Shown here piece after piece: positions 8,842-18,300 of a DNA stretch of 64,000 nt. The stretch is taken from IMG/VR virus record IMGVR_UViG_3300022932_000017, positions 1 to 64,000 of that record; one strand, given 5' to 3'. A program made the position numbers and the translations under genes. The stretch comes from a virus. The notes beneath the pieces are model-generated. The model was not told the origin of the DNA. It saw only the letters and a list, made by a program, of their open reading frames with translations, and ran no database searches. Each line of letters begins with the position of its first letter. The stretch's first letter is position 1.

Positions 8842-9183
8842 TTACGCTTTTACCAATGTCGCTGTATAGGCAACAGAAGGCTTAACTCCAACGCTTTCTA
8901 GTAACAATTTAACACCGGACTCATAATCCACTGAATAAACAATACTAAAGCAAAAAGCATCATAAATAGATACAGGAGTTCCATTATTAAATCTAGGATT
9001 CAGTTCAGCATAATACGTGCCGGGGATAGTTTCTCCCGTAACTTGTCCGGGCAACTGAAAATTATCACCTAAGCGTTTCATAGCAATAGCTAAGCTGTTT
9101 GTCATGTTACTTCCTGTAGTCGATGCTGCAATATCAGCAAGAGTAACATTAATTGTAAGGGTAGTTGGTTCTGTAAAAGGCAT
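8842..9183 (-). CDS. Hypothetical protein, possibly structural
   Basis: Thr-rich ORF at end of tail block. Confidence 0.65.
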   Translation of the reverse strand: MPFTEPTTLTINVTLADIAASTTGSNMTNSLAIAMKRLGDNFQLPGQVTGETIPGTYYAELNPRFNNGTPVSIYDAFCFSIVYSVDYESGVKLLLESVGVKPSVAYTATLVKA

Positions 9184-9261
9184 GATTATTTAAATTAAAG
9201 GGTTTGATTTGTTTGATTTCCATTGTTTCCTAGTTAAAACCAGAAGTCAGCGGCATAATAG

Positions 9262-9840
9262 CTAAAAATCGGGTCTATAGTAGAATATTGACCTAATTGA
9301 AGCTGTGCCCAACACAATAAGTCCACTCCATTGAGCTGTAATATCCAACGCTTGAGGTTGAGTCATGTCAGTAGTTAAAGAAGAATAGAATGTTCCATTG
9401 GCATTCGTGAGGTTTAATATCGTCCCGTTAGGCTGTATTATATCAGTAAGAACAACTTGAGTAGATATCCCTGTAGCTAATATAGTGCCTCTAATCCTAA
9501 TACCTGCATTTGTAAGACCTGCTGTAACACCTGTAGCATTTACCATTGCCACAATATTACTCCCCAACCTGACTTTAAGAGCTAAGTTCGGAAGGGAAAG
9601 TGCAGGAGTAGTTACAATACAAGCCATTTCAAATCTATATGGACGGTACGGCACAAGAGTATTAGGTTTTATAGTATCCTTAACCGACCCTAATAAGCTA
9701 GTCTCGTCACCTGTATTGTTTAACAGGGTAATATTAGGAGAGAAAGATTTTACTGACCCTACAGGGGTTAATAATGGCTTTGTTATGCTTTGAGCATATA
9801 CCGAAGTCGAAAGCAACAATAGGAATAATAGTTTTTTCAT
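9262..9840 (-). CDS. Beta-rich protein with Sec signal peptide
   Basis: MKKLLFLLLLSTSVYA|Q. Confidence 0.75.
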   Translation of the reverse strand: MKKLLFLLLLSTSVYAQSITKPLLTPVGSVKSFSPNITLLNNTGDETSLLGSVKDTIKPNTLVPYRPYRFEMACIVTTPALSLPNLALKVRLGSNIVAMVNATGVTAGLTNAGIRIRGTILATGISTQVVLTDIIQPNGTILNLTNANGTFYSSLTTDMTQPQALDITAQWSGLIVLGTASIRSIFYYRPDF

Positions 9841-9849
9841 GATTGATTT

Positions 9850-11370
9850 TTATAAAGGTGATAAAGTCCCTTGTGAGGATGTAATTACAAAAGTATTTGC
9901 GGCAACAAGCCTAAGTGTTATCGTACAATACCTATCTGTACTGGAAATACTACCTCCGGACGATGTAGTGACACCTACTCCTTTAGCTGTATATCCGGCA
10001 GGGAAGTTTATACGCCAGCCTCCTGCCCCCTCGCCCACAACTTGAATTAATGAACCTATTATTGTTGCACTTGGTGCTGTAATAGTTGTTAATGCTGCAT
10101 TATGAGGGATATAAATCGTGTTAGCGTTAGCTGTTTGGGTTGTTCCTGTAATTTCGACTACTTGAGTTAAATCACTTGTATATGCCACCGTACCACTAAA
10201 AGGTCTCCATGTTGCAGTAACGTCACTAGTAAATGATGGAGTAGCAAAACTAAGAGGGAAATTACTATTAGCGTTTAATAAAGCAAAATTACCATTATAC
10301 TGCTGAATTGATAAGTCAGTAGCGGTAGAGCCTGTATACGTACTGGCATTTGGCCCAAATATCCAAGAAAAAGAAGTCCTTTTTGGACTTGTTAAATTCT
10401 GATAGGTATCCTTTGTTAGAAATTTACTTGAGTCTACAGCTATAGTAATAACCGGAGTTGTTGTTGGATTTGCTACACTAGCTGAAATACCATAGCCATT
10501 TACTCTTGAAACATTTGTTACAGTCCCCGTATTTGACGTATATCCATTAGGATTTGAGGCTAGATAATAAGTACTGTTATCATAACTTATTGTAGTTCCT
10601 GATGCCTTAACAAAGCCCGTACCGTTCAATTGAGGCTGTTTAGCTGTCCATGATGCTTGATCTGTAGTTGTTGGAATAGAATAACCAGATTGTAACGCTA
10701 CTGCTAACGTTCCAGATGTCGTAATAGGACTGCCTGTTACCGTTAAACCTGTAGGCGTTGTCATTGCCACACTAGTCACCGTCCCAGAGGAAGTAGCTGG
10801 CGTTGGTATATTTAAAGCGCCCGTACTTTGGTTAAACGTAGCTGCTCCTGAACCTGTAGTTGTTAGTGTTACTAAGTTTTGTTTTGACGCAATAGAGCTG
10901 ACATTAGCACTTATCTGACCTTGTAGCTTTTGAAATGCACCTAAATAGGTGTCCGTAGCTGCAAGTGACGTATTTGCCCCAATAGCGTACCCTGTAAGCA
11001 CGTAAAGCAAAGAACGAGCATTTGTAGCATACAAGTTAGTTCCTTCGGGTACAGCCGTTGTGTTCAGTGTCTGGAATGTTTTATCACCTCTGTAGTACTG
11101 TGTAGTTGTTCCGGCAGCAATTAAAGGATTATAAGTTGTAGTAGCTAACGTTTCAGTAAGCAAATTCTGCCATACCGTGCCATTATGAATTGCTAATTTA
11201 AATGTACTAGGTTGAAACCATAGACCCCCGGAAACAGCAATACTTGGTGCGCTTGCTCCGTTAGGCGTATAGAGTCCATTAGCAAACCTAAATGGTGTAT
11301 TATTAACTGACTGACCAAATGATATAAAACTCCATATGGTAATTATATATATTAATGTTATTCTTTTCAT
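9850..11370 (-). CDS. Tail-fibre-like protein with N-terminal signal peptide
   Basis: MKRITLIYIITIWSFISFG|Q; fibre shaft motifs QYYRGDKT, EGTNLY, GTVTSV..PTGLTVTGSPITTSGTL. Confidence 0.75.
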   Translation of the reverse strand: MKRITLIYIITIWSFISFGQSVNNTPFRFANGLYTPNGASAPSIAVSGGLWFQPSTFKLAIHNGTVWQNLLTETLATTTYNPLIAAGTTTQYYRGDKTFQTLNTTAVPEGTNLYATNARSLLYVLTGYAIGANTSLAATDTYLGAFQKLQGQISANVSSIASKQNLVTLTTTGSGAATFNQSTGALNIPTPATSSGTVTSVAMTTPTGLTVTGSPITTSGTLAVALQSGYSIPTTTDQASWTAKQPQLNGTGFVKASGTTISYDNSTYYLASNPNGYTSNTGTVTNVSRVNGYGISASVANPTTTPVITIAVDSSKFLTKDTYQNLTSPKRTSFSWIFGPNASTYTGSTATDLSIQQYNGNFALLNANSNFPLSFATPSFTSDVTATWRPFSGTVAYTSDLTQVVEITGTTQTANANTIYIPHNAALTTITAPSATIIGSLIQVVGEGAGGWRINFPAGYTAKGVGVTTSSGGSISSTDRYCTITLRLVAANTFVITSSQGTLSPL

Positions 11371-11373
11371 ATC

Positions 11374-14184
11374 CTATCCTATTTTTGATTTAATATTTCC
11401 TTCATACCTAAATCCCTCTCTATAATGGCCATTCGCGTTTAAATGATAACTGTCTGGTTGTCTTAATAAAGTTGTTTGAGCAGCATTATCCCAATCAAAT
11501 GTTGCTTCGCTAATATTATCCACTATGTAAATGCCATGATTTCTACAAGCTATCTTTGCAGCGTCAAAATATGATTGATAACCTATAGTTTGAGGTCTTG
11601 GGTATATGCCTATCCAAATTATTTTTATATCTGGAATTTGTGTTTGAATGTATTCAAGGCTATAATTCATAGCGCCATAAACCGTACTTTTATCAGTACT
11701 ATTTTCTGTACCTATAGGTTTGCCTTGTGCCGCATCATTCGTTAAAATATCTATTATTAGATATTTTGTATCCAATGGTATATCCGCTAATCTATTAACC
11801 ATAGGAATGCCAGAACCTCCAGTATTATCAGTTAGTAAATTACCATTTATACCTAAATTTAGATATGTCATACCATTTCTTTGCGCAATCTGATAACCAT
11901 ATACCTGATCGGCAGGTAATCCATTTCCTTTACCCATAGAATCACTAATAACCACCAACTTTTGACCAAACATGGGATTAAAACCAGATGTATTTTGATA
12001 TTCTCTTATAAAATCTATTAATTGTAATTTGTTATAGTATATAGGTTTTTGAGCACACACATATCCAACACCTAACTGTCCATTATTGACAATTGACGTT
12101 ACTAAAGACCCTGTGTTTTTCCCAGCTAATCGAGCTAACTGCTTACCTGTTTGCCCACTTCTATAGTAAAGAGAAGTGGATACATCTGACATGAATATTA
12201 AAAAATTACCAGCAGGGACAGGAATATTCACATTATAATCAAAAGTATTCGCTATTAAATTTAAACTGTACTCGGCTGTATATGTCAAAAAACTTGTACT
12301 CCCTATAAATGGATTTCTTGGATTTATTTCACCTACTACAATAGTCAGAATCGCATCTACCAAGGTTCTAATAGTCAACTGTTGAACTATCTCGTCCTCT
12401 TCAAAATACAACTCATTATCAGTCCAGTATTGATTCACAGCTACAAGAGAAGTAAAAGAGCTAGGAGTAATAGATCTAATATTTATCTCTGCATCGAGTG
12501 TTTTAGTTGTAATAGATATATCTTCTAAAGTCTCAATTTTTGAGTCTATTTCTGATTCTGAAACAGTATTATCTTCTACTAAATCTATTAACATCTCCTT
12601 TTTTAGATATTCATTAGATTCAGCCACAGTCCATCCTATACCTAATTCGGAATTAGCAACAATTTGACTTATAACCGTACCTGTTCCACTTAAAAGACGA
12701 GCTATAGTCTTTCCTGTCACTGGAACTCCATTCCTATACTTAAGTAATCCTGCTACAGTAGGCCTAAACAATAAAAATTGACCTGCACTTATGGGTATAT
12801 TTACGGCATACTTGTTAACCCCATTAACACATGGCACAGTATATGTGCCAGTAAACACTGCTATAGAACTATTAACTACAAGTGGTAAAGGAGATATATT
12901 CGCAACATATACCATCAAATCTCCTGAAACAGAAACTGGGATAGTTAATTCATTAATCACCCTTGTATTTTGAAATTGCATTAATGCACTAGTCCAAGTA
13001 ACATTTACAGTGGCATTTACGGTGTATAATTCTGGTATGATAACCCTATTATCTCCCTGACTGCTTGAGGCCGATAAAGTATCAACAGTTATTGCTTGTT
13101 GTTTGGTAACCAAAGAACTTGGTATAATTACAGGATCTCCACTCTGACTGTACAATACGCCTACATCCTCCGATGCTGATATACTTCTAGGAAAAGTATA
13201 AACACCAGTTCCCATATCAAACTGTACTATCTTAGGAGTTTCACTATTAACAGATGCAGATATGGCGTATTCCTGCCCCCCTACAGTTACAAACTTAGGA
13301 AACTGCCCCACCGAGGTTGAATCCGTAATAGTGTTTGTTCCATCAGCCACTAACCTTTTAAAAAGAGTTAGAGATTTATCAATATTTTGCTGTAAAATTG
13401 TCTCGGCAGATATAGCTCTATTAGTCTCAATGTATATAGAATCACTTAAATTTTGATCTTCTACTTCTCTATTTGAAGATTCTAAATCTAATGCATCATT
13501 AACCTCATTAATAGCAGGAACAACTTCTTTGGCCATTGTCTCTAAAGAAGCATCTTCGGATAATTGAATCGAGTATAATGGTTCTTCACCTGTTGCGTCA
13601 AATTTAAAAAATTTCAGTTTATTATCTGAATCAATGCCTATACCCCATGTATCTCCGCTTTGCAATCTTCCTCTTGTAAGATATATAATAGGTGCATCGA
13701 TATCATTATCTGTAACTGCTAATAAAGATCTTGAAATATTATCAGAAGCCATTGCTCCTTTATTACCTCCTGAAGCTACAAACCCCGGAGTAGAAACATT
13801 TGTAGCTGAAATATCACCAGTGAAATTCTGTCCAGATACAGCTGCTTTATCATCCAAAAGATCATTAGTCTGCTGTTGTGTATAATAATTTGATAGATCG
13901 GTCTCGATGAACTTTAAAACTAAGTCTTCGTCTGTAAGGCTATTTGGATCTGGCCACCAATATTCTCTAGCTCCATCTTCATCAACTAATACAGCCCCTA
14001 TAACGCCTTTTCTTTTGTTAGCAGTATCAAAGTAGCCTAATATCTCTGTAATTGAATTAAATGGTCTCTTTACGCCTGTAGTTTGATCATAGAACCAACT
14101 CTTAGCGGTATCTGGCTGTCCTGATGTAGCATACGGCTTATTAGAGCCTGTAAACATTGGATTTGATGGATTATACGTTGCCAT
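11374..14184 (-). CDS. Tail spike/fibre with internal domain duplication and C-terminal SGNH/GDSL hydrolase
   Basis: SDSM, GING, TND, DSYHLN blocks; position in tail module. Confidence 0.8.
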   Translation of the reverse strand: MATYNPSNPMFTGSNKPYATSGQPDTAKSWFYDQTTGVKRPFNSITEILGYFDTANKRKGVIGAVLVDEDGAREYWWPDPNSLTDEDLVLKFIETDLSNYYTQQQTNDLLDDKAAVSGQNFTGDISATNVSTPGFVASGGNKGAMASDNISRSLLAVTDNDIDAPIIYLTRGRLQSGDTWGIGIDSDNKLKFFKFDATGEEPLYSIQLSEDASLETMAKEVVPAINEVNDALDLESSNREVEDQNLSDSIYIETNRAISAETILQQNIDKSLTLFKRLVADGTNTITDSTSVGQFPKFVTVGGQEYAISASVNSETPKIVQFDMGTGVYTFPRSISASEDVGVLYSQSGDPVIIPSSLVTKQQAITVDTLSASSSQGDNRVIIPELYTVNATVNVTWTSALMQFQNTRVINELTIPVSVSGDLMVYVANISPLPLVVNSSIAVFTGTYTVPCVNGVNKYAVNIPISAGQFLLFRPTVAGLLKYRNGVPVTGKTIARLLSGTGTVISQIVANSELGIGWTVAESNEYLKKEMLIDLVEDNTVSESEIDSKIETLEDISITTKTLDAEINIRSITPSSFTSLVAVNQYWTDNELYFEEDEIVQQLTIRTLVDAILTIVVGEINPRNPFIGSTSFLTYTAEYSLNLIANTFDYNVNIPVPAGNFLIFMSDVSTSLYYRSGQTGKQLARLAGKNTGSLVTSIVNNGQLGVGYVCAQKPIYYNKLQLIDFIREYQNTSGFNPMFGQKLVVISDSMGKGNGLPADQVYGYQIAQRNGMTYLNLGINGNLLTDNTGGSGIPMVNRLADIPLDTKYLIIDILTNDAAQGKPIGTENSTDKSTVYGAMNYSLEYIQTQIPDIKIIWIGIYPRPQTIGYQSYFDAAKIACRNHGIYIVDNISEATFDWDNAAQTTLLRQPDSYHLNANGHYREGFRYEGNIKSKIG

Positions 14185-15037
14185 TTACTGATAATTTAAG
14201 TTTTCTATTATTTCCATCAAAGGTAAAAATCCCTGTTGAATTATATACCCCTCTTGAATTGACTATTATTCTGTCATTCATAATAAAATCAGTGCCTAAC
14301 TCCCCTTGATTTAAAGCTGTGTTATACCAGAAAAACTTTTCAGGTTCAGATTGAGGTTCGCTAATCGATATATACACATCTCCTGTCAAGACCTCTAAAG
14401 GGAACTCCACTTCATAACTTGTAGCTCCTGCAACGATACTTTTAGAACCTTGATAAGCAAATGTAGCAGGGTTGATAGGGGAAGAACTATATCCGAATAA
14501 TATTGTGATGTTGTTTGCTGTAACAGTAAGTTTAACTGTATCGCTCGCAGTTAGCCCATTACCATCTGTAACTGTAATCTTGAACTCGTATTGACCCAAA
14601 GGCATACCTCCAATAGTACCGCTTACTGTTAATTGAGAAGTGGTGGTTCCTGTCATTAGAACGCTACCACCACTTACTTTAGTCCACAAGTAAGATGTAA
14701 TAGGTGCCGAACCTTGAGTAGCTACAGCGTTGAATACTGCACTCTGACTAGCTTGTTTTGTTTGGTCGGCTCCTGCGTTAACTGTCGGAGGATACTTGAT
14801 AACAGCACTTCCAATAATTAACAACATCTCTGTGTATAGTTTTTCTGTAATGTCACTAGGTACAGTCTCTACCGTAACTCTATAATTTAAGCTATCAATG
14901 ATGTACGACAAGCAATCATAGTCTCTAGGTTTGCAACCACATCCGCTTTTAAGTTCTGCTACCCATTGATCTGTCAACACAAGGTAAACCCCTTCTGCCC
15001 GATCTAAATCCGTTATAATTTCTGCTATAGTACTCAT
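14171..15037 (-). CDS. Structural protein with PKD/Ig-like domain
   Basis: PTVNAGADQT...YLWTKVSG...GQYEFKITVTDGNGLTASDTVKLTV. Confidence 0.8.
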   Translation of the reverse strand: MSTIAEIITDLDRAEGVYLVLTDQWVAELKSGCGCKPRDYDCLSYIIDSLNYRVTVETVPSDITEKLYTEMLLIIGSAVIKYPPTVNAGADQTKQASQSAVFNAVATQGSAPITSYLWTKVSGGSVLMTGTTTSQLTVSGTIGGMPLGQYEFKITVTDGNGLTASDTVKLTVTANNITILFGYSSSPINPATFAYQGSKSIVAGATSYEVEFPLEVLTGDVYISISEPQSEPEKFFWYNTALNQGELGTDFIMNDRIIVNSRGVYNSTGIFTFDGNNRKLKLSVNGNV

Positions 15038-15291
15038 TGTGAAGCGTAATTATATAAAGTGTAGTACGTAGCCTGAACATATGATTTATATCTAGGTTCA
15101 TCACTAACTTTAGTCGCTATATCTGTAGCTCTCATTAGATTACTAGCGTCACTAAGAATATCCTTCATTCTGGCACTTGAACAGCAATGTTTTTGTTGTG
15201 ATACAAGGTCACTAAACATAGCGTTGTTTTCGTTCTCTACATCCCCGTAATCCAAATTTGGGTCGGAAAAGTCTATTTTTGCGTATATCAT
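15034..15291 (-). CDS. Small hypothetical protein leading the fibre operon
   Basis: Follows promoter; ATGA overlap. Confidence 0.65.
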   Translation of the reverse strand: MIYAKIDFSDPNLDYGDVENENNAMFSDLVSQQKHCCSSARMKDILSDASNLMRATDIATKVSDEPRYKSYVQATYYTLYNYASQ

Positions 15292-15307
15292 AATTTTGTT
15301 TTTTTAC

Positions 15308-15315
15308 CAAAGGTA
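15308..15315 (-). promoter_or_regulatory. -7 promoter element TACCTTTG (fibre operon)
   Basis: Consensus match, intergenic. Confidence 0.7.
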
Positions 15316-15328
15316 TTAGTTTTATCAT

Positions 15329-15356
15329 AAAAAAAGGTGCCGTTTCCGAACACCTT
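15329..15356 (-). terminator. Intrinsic terminator after the giant ORF
   Basis: AAGGTG/CACCTT stem plus T7. Confidence 0.7.
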
Positions 15357-15361
15357 GTATA

Positions 15362-18300
15362 TCAGTCTTTCTCTTGAAGCCCTTTTCTAGTTTCCTCTAT
15401 TTTCTGTTTGGCTTCTTTAATCTTTTCCTTCCTTTCTGCATCACTAAGTGGTTTATCACTTTCAGCATCGGGAGTAAGACCTAAGTAGTTTACAAACCCA
15501 TCCCTGTAGAAACTGTTCCAAAAGCTTTTAGTAGAATAGTCAGGAGAGATCTGCGGTTGTCCTGTAACGCCTCTATAAATATTTTGAACCTGTCTACCGA
15601 ATCTATAAGGTATAATAGGTAAAGAGGTTTTACTTCCTAATACATCTCCGGCATATCCTCCTGCTTTCTTTAAATCTCCTTCTGTAGCTGCTTCAATACT
15701 TTTCACCACCTTAGCCCCATCATCAAATGCTGCTACTTTCTGGTTTAGAATCTGTTGCATGAATTTACCCATCTTCTTGTCTTCTAAAGCAAGTAAGAAA
15801 CTTAAAGCAGGAGGTGAAATTACATTGAAGTACTTCTTAGCCCATTCGTTCTTTTTAAGCCAACCTGCGAGGTCTTTATCCTTTCCAGATGATATTGTCG
15901 CACCCGCAGCTAGTAAAGAGACTGTAGCCCCTATAAATACTCTTCCAGCTGTACTCTTAGCTTTAGCTTCACTCATTAAAGCATACTCCATGTCCTTAAT
16001 TCCTTTTTCAGTAGTCAAATCAAGCTTTCTTCTCTTTACAAAGTTCTCTAAAGGACTCCAAGCATCAACTCCTGCTTTTTGAAGCGTAAGTGTAACCCAA
16101 TTACTAGCACCACCGACAAAAGGATTTAGAATGTTCTTTGATAAGATTGAAGTGAACGTAAGCATTGCAGCCTCATTCCACCTTTTCTCTTTAATGGCAT
16201 CTTTCAATTTACCTTCATTGTACGAGTTTAACAATCCTACAGTCCTAGAAGCAAAGTTATTCGCCTCATGCCCCATACCTAGACCTGCAACCGTATATCC
16301 TGCCCTGTAAGAAGCTTCAATCTGATCTAAGGTTAACTTCTCTCCTACAACCAAAGCCTCCTTTACAATGTCCATAGCAAGCCTGTTCGTAAACTCTTTG
16401 TTCTCCGGCAGAGTCTTTTTACCTGACAGCCTGTTTACCTTTTCAATAATCTCGTTAGCCGTTACAAGTGCATCACTAAACTTCTGTCCTGTAAGATTCT
16501 CCGATACATACTGCACCGCTTCATCCTGCCCCATACGCTTAGGGTTGTTCTTGTCTGTAAGCACCTTTATAAGGTTTCTAGTGAAGTACTTTTCAGTTAG
16601 GTTAGCTTTATTCAAACCATCCATGCCCTCTAAATAGATACGTCCTAAGATGCCTGATACAACAGCATGATATTTTCTGCTTGTCGAAACATTGTTGATG
16701 TAGTTCTCTGTAGCACTTTTCACCAAGAACGGATTTGATATGTCTCCATAGTCTAGTCCGGCATTGTAGATAGCATCCTTTAACACATTTCTTCCGGCAT
16801 CCCTTCGTTGTTTCTCTAATGCCTTTGTATCGTTCTTTTCAAATGCAAACGTTAGTTTGTTAAACGTCCTTTCAATATATCCACTAAGCGTGTTATCTCC
16901 AAGCTGTTTTACTGTGGTTAAAATAGCACGTTGAGCCATACTCAAATACTCTTGAGTGATTTTAGCTGCTTTAAAAGCACCATTACTCTCATTCCAAGCT
17001 ACCTTACTCAATAACTGCTCTATCTGGTGGTTAATTTGATTTACTGCACTATTTAGCCCAAACTCGTTAATCACCCTACCATCGCTTCTTGACTGATACA
17101 ACTCTGATAAACTCTTAGCAAGTACTTTAGCTTGAAAGAATGCCTCCTGACCAATACCATTAAGTCCAATAGCATTATTCATCAGGTAATCATACGTATC
17201 ACTGTTCTTCTCAAACAAACCGTAGTTATACAATTCTGCTAATCTCTTTGCTGTAGTCTTAGTGTTTGTCTTAGGCTTCTCTGTATTGCGTGTTTCTAGC
17301 TCTTTTAAGCCCTTTTCTATTACAGAGGCACGTAAGTCATTGTATTCCTTTTCAAAGCTGTCCTGTAGCCTGTCAATCTCTACATCAGAATAGCCTTTAT
17401 CCTTTAAGACTTTAGCTACATTTTCCTTCATCCGGTCAATACTACCTTCTTCTCCGGCTAGTTTCTTCCAATCTAAAGTTTGTGTTTTCTCTTTACGCTC
17501 CACCACATTGCCATTGGCATCAGTCTCTTTACGTGTAACTGTAATCTCTCTGCCATAGCCCGACTCAATCAAGGCTTCTTTCACGAATATTTTAGGCGTA
17601 GGGTCTAATTGCTCAAGAACTTCTAATGCAGCTTTCCTTTCTCCTTTTAACCTATTGATTTCAGGACTCTCTATTGGGTCTTTCTTCGCTTCACGTTCCG
17701 CTTTCTCCCCTTTAGCAATCTGATCGTTTAAACGTTCCAAGTCATTCTGCAATTTCTTTACTGCCGTAGCCTTCATACGCTCGTCTACAATCGCTTTACT
17801 CTCCGAAGTAAGGTATTTCATCGCCTCACGTTTATAAGCGGATTCTTCGGCTTGTAATGACTGTAATTCAGGATCAGTTAATCTGCTGGTTGCTTTGAGT
17901 TCAACTTTCTTATCTGCTATCTGCTGTTTAAGGTCTTCAATGCGCTTTCTGATGTTCTCTTTAGCATCAGCTAACTTTTCAGCATCACTCTTAACTTTAC
18001 CTCGCTTAGTGCCGGATTCAGTATCAATGTTCTCTTCTTTGAAACCATCAAGCATATCCTTTCTAAAATCGTCTTCCTTAGCCCATTTCTTTTGAGTCTC
18101 CTTGATTTTATTTATACCAAGCTCAATAGCATCAGCAATGTTTACTCCGGCCTTTATAGCGGCTTTAATGGTAGTTATCCCTGCATCAATAATAGCAACC
18201 GGAACACCTATACTAGCATCGTAAGTTTTACTTCTAAGTTTCTTCTGAATCTTGTCTAGTGCCGCAATAGCTTTGTCTGCCGCTTCCCTACGCTTAGTAG

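Noticed and set aside
9850-14184. Diversity-generating retroelement targeting the fibres
   Set aside because: No reverse transcriptase and no near-identical nucleotide TR/VR pair seen; the internal duplication is old and evident only at protein level
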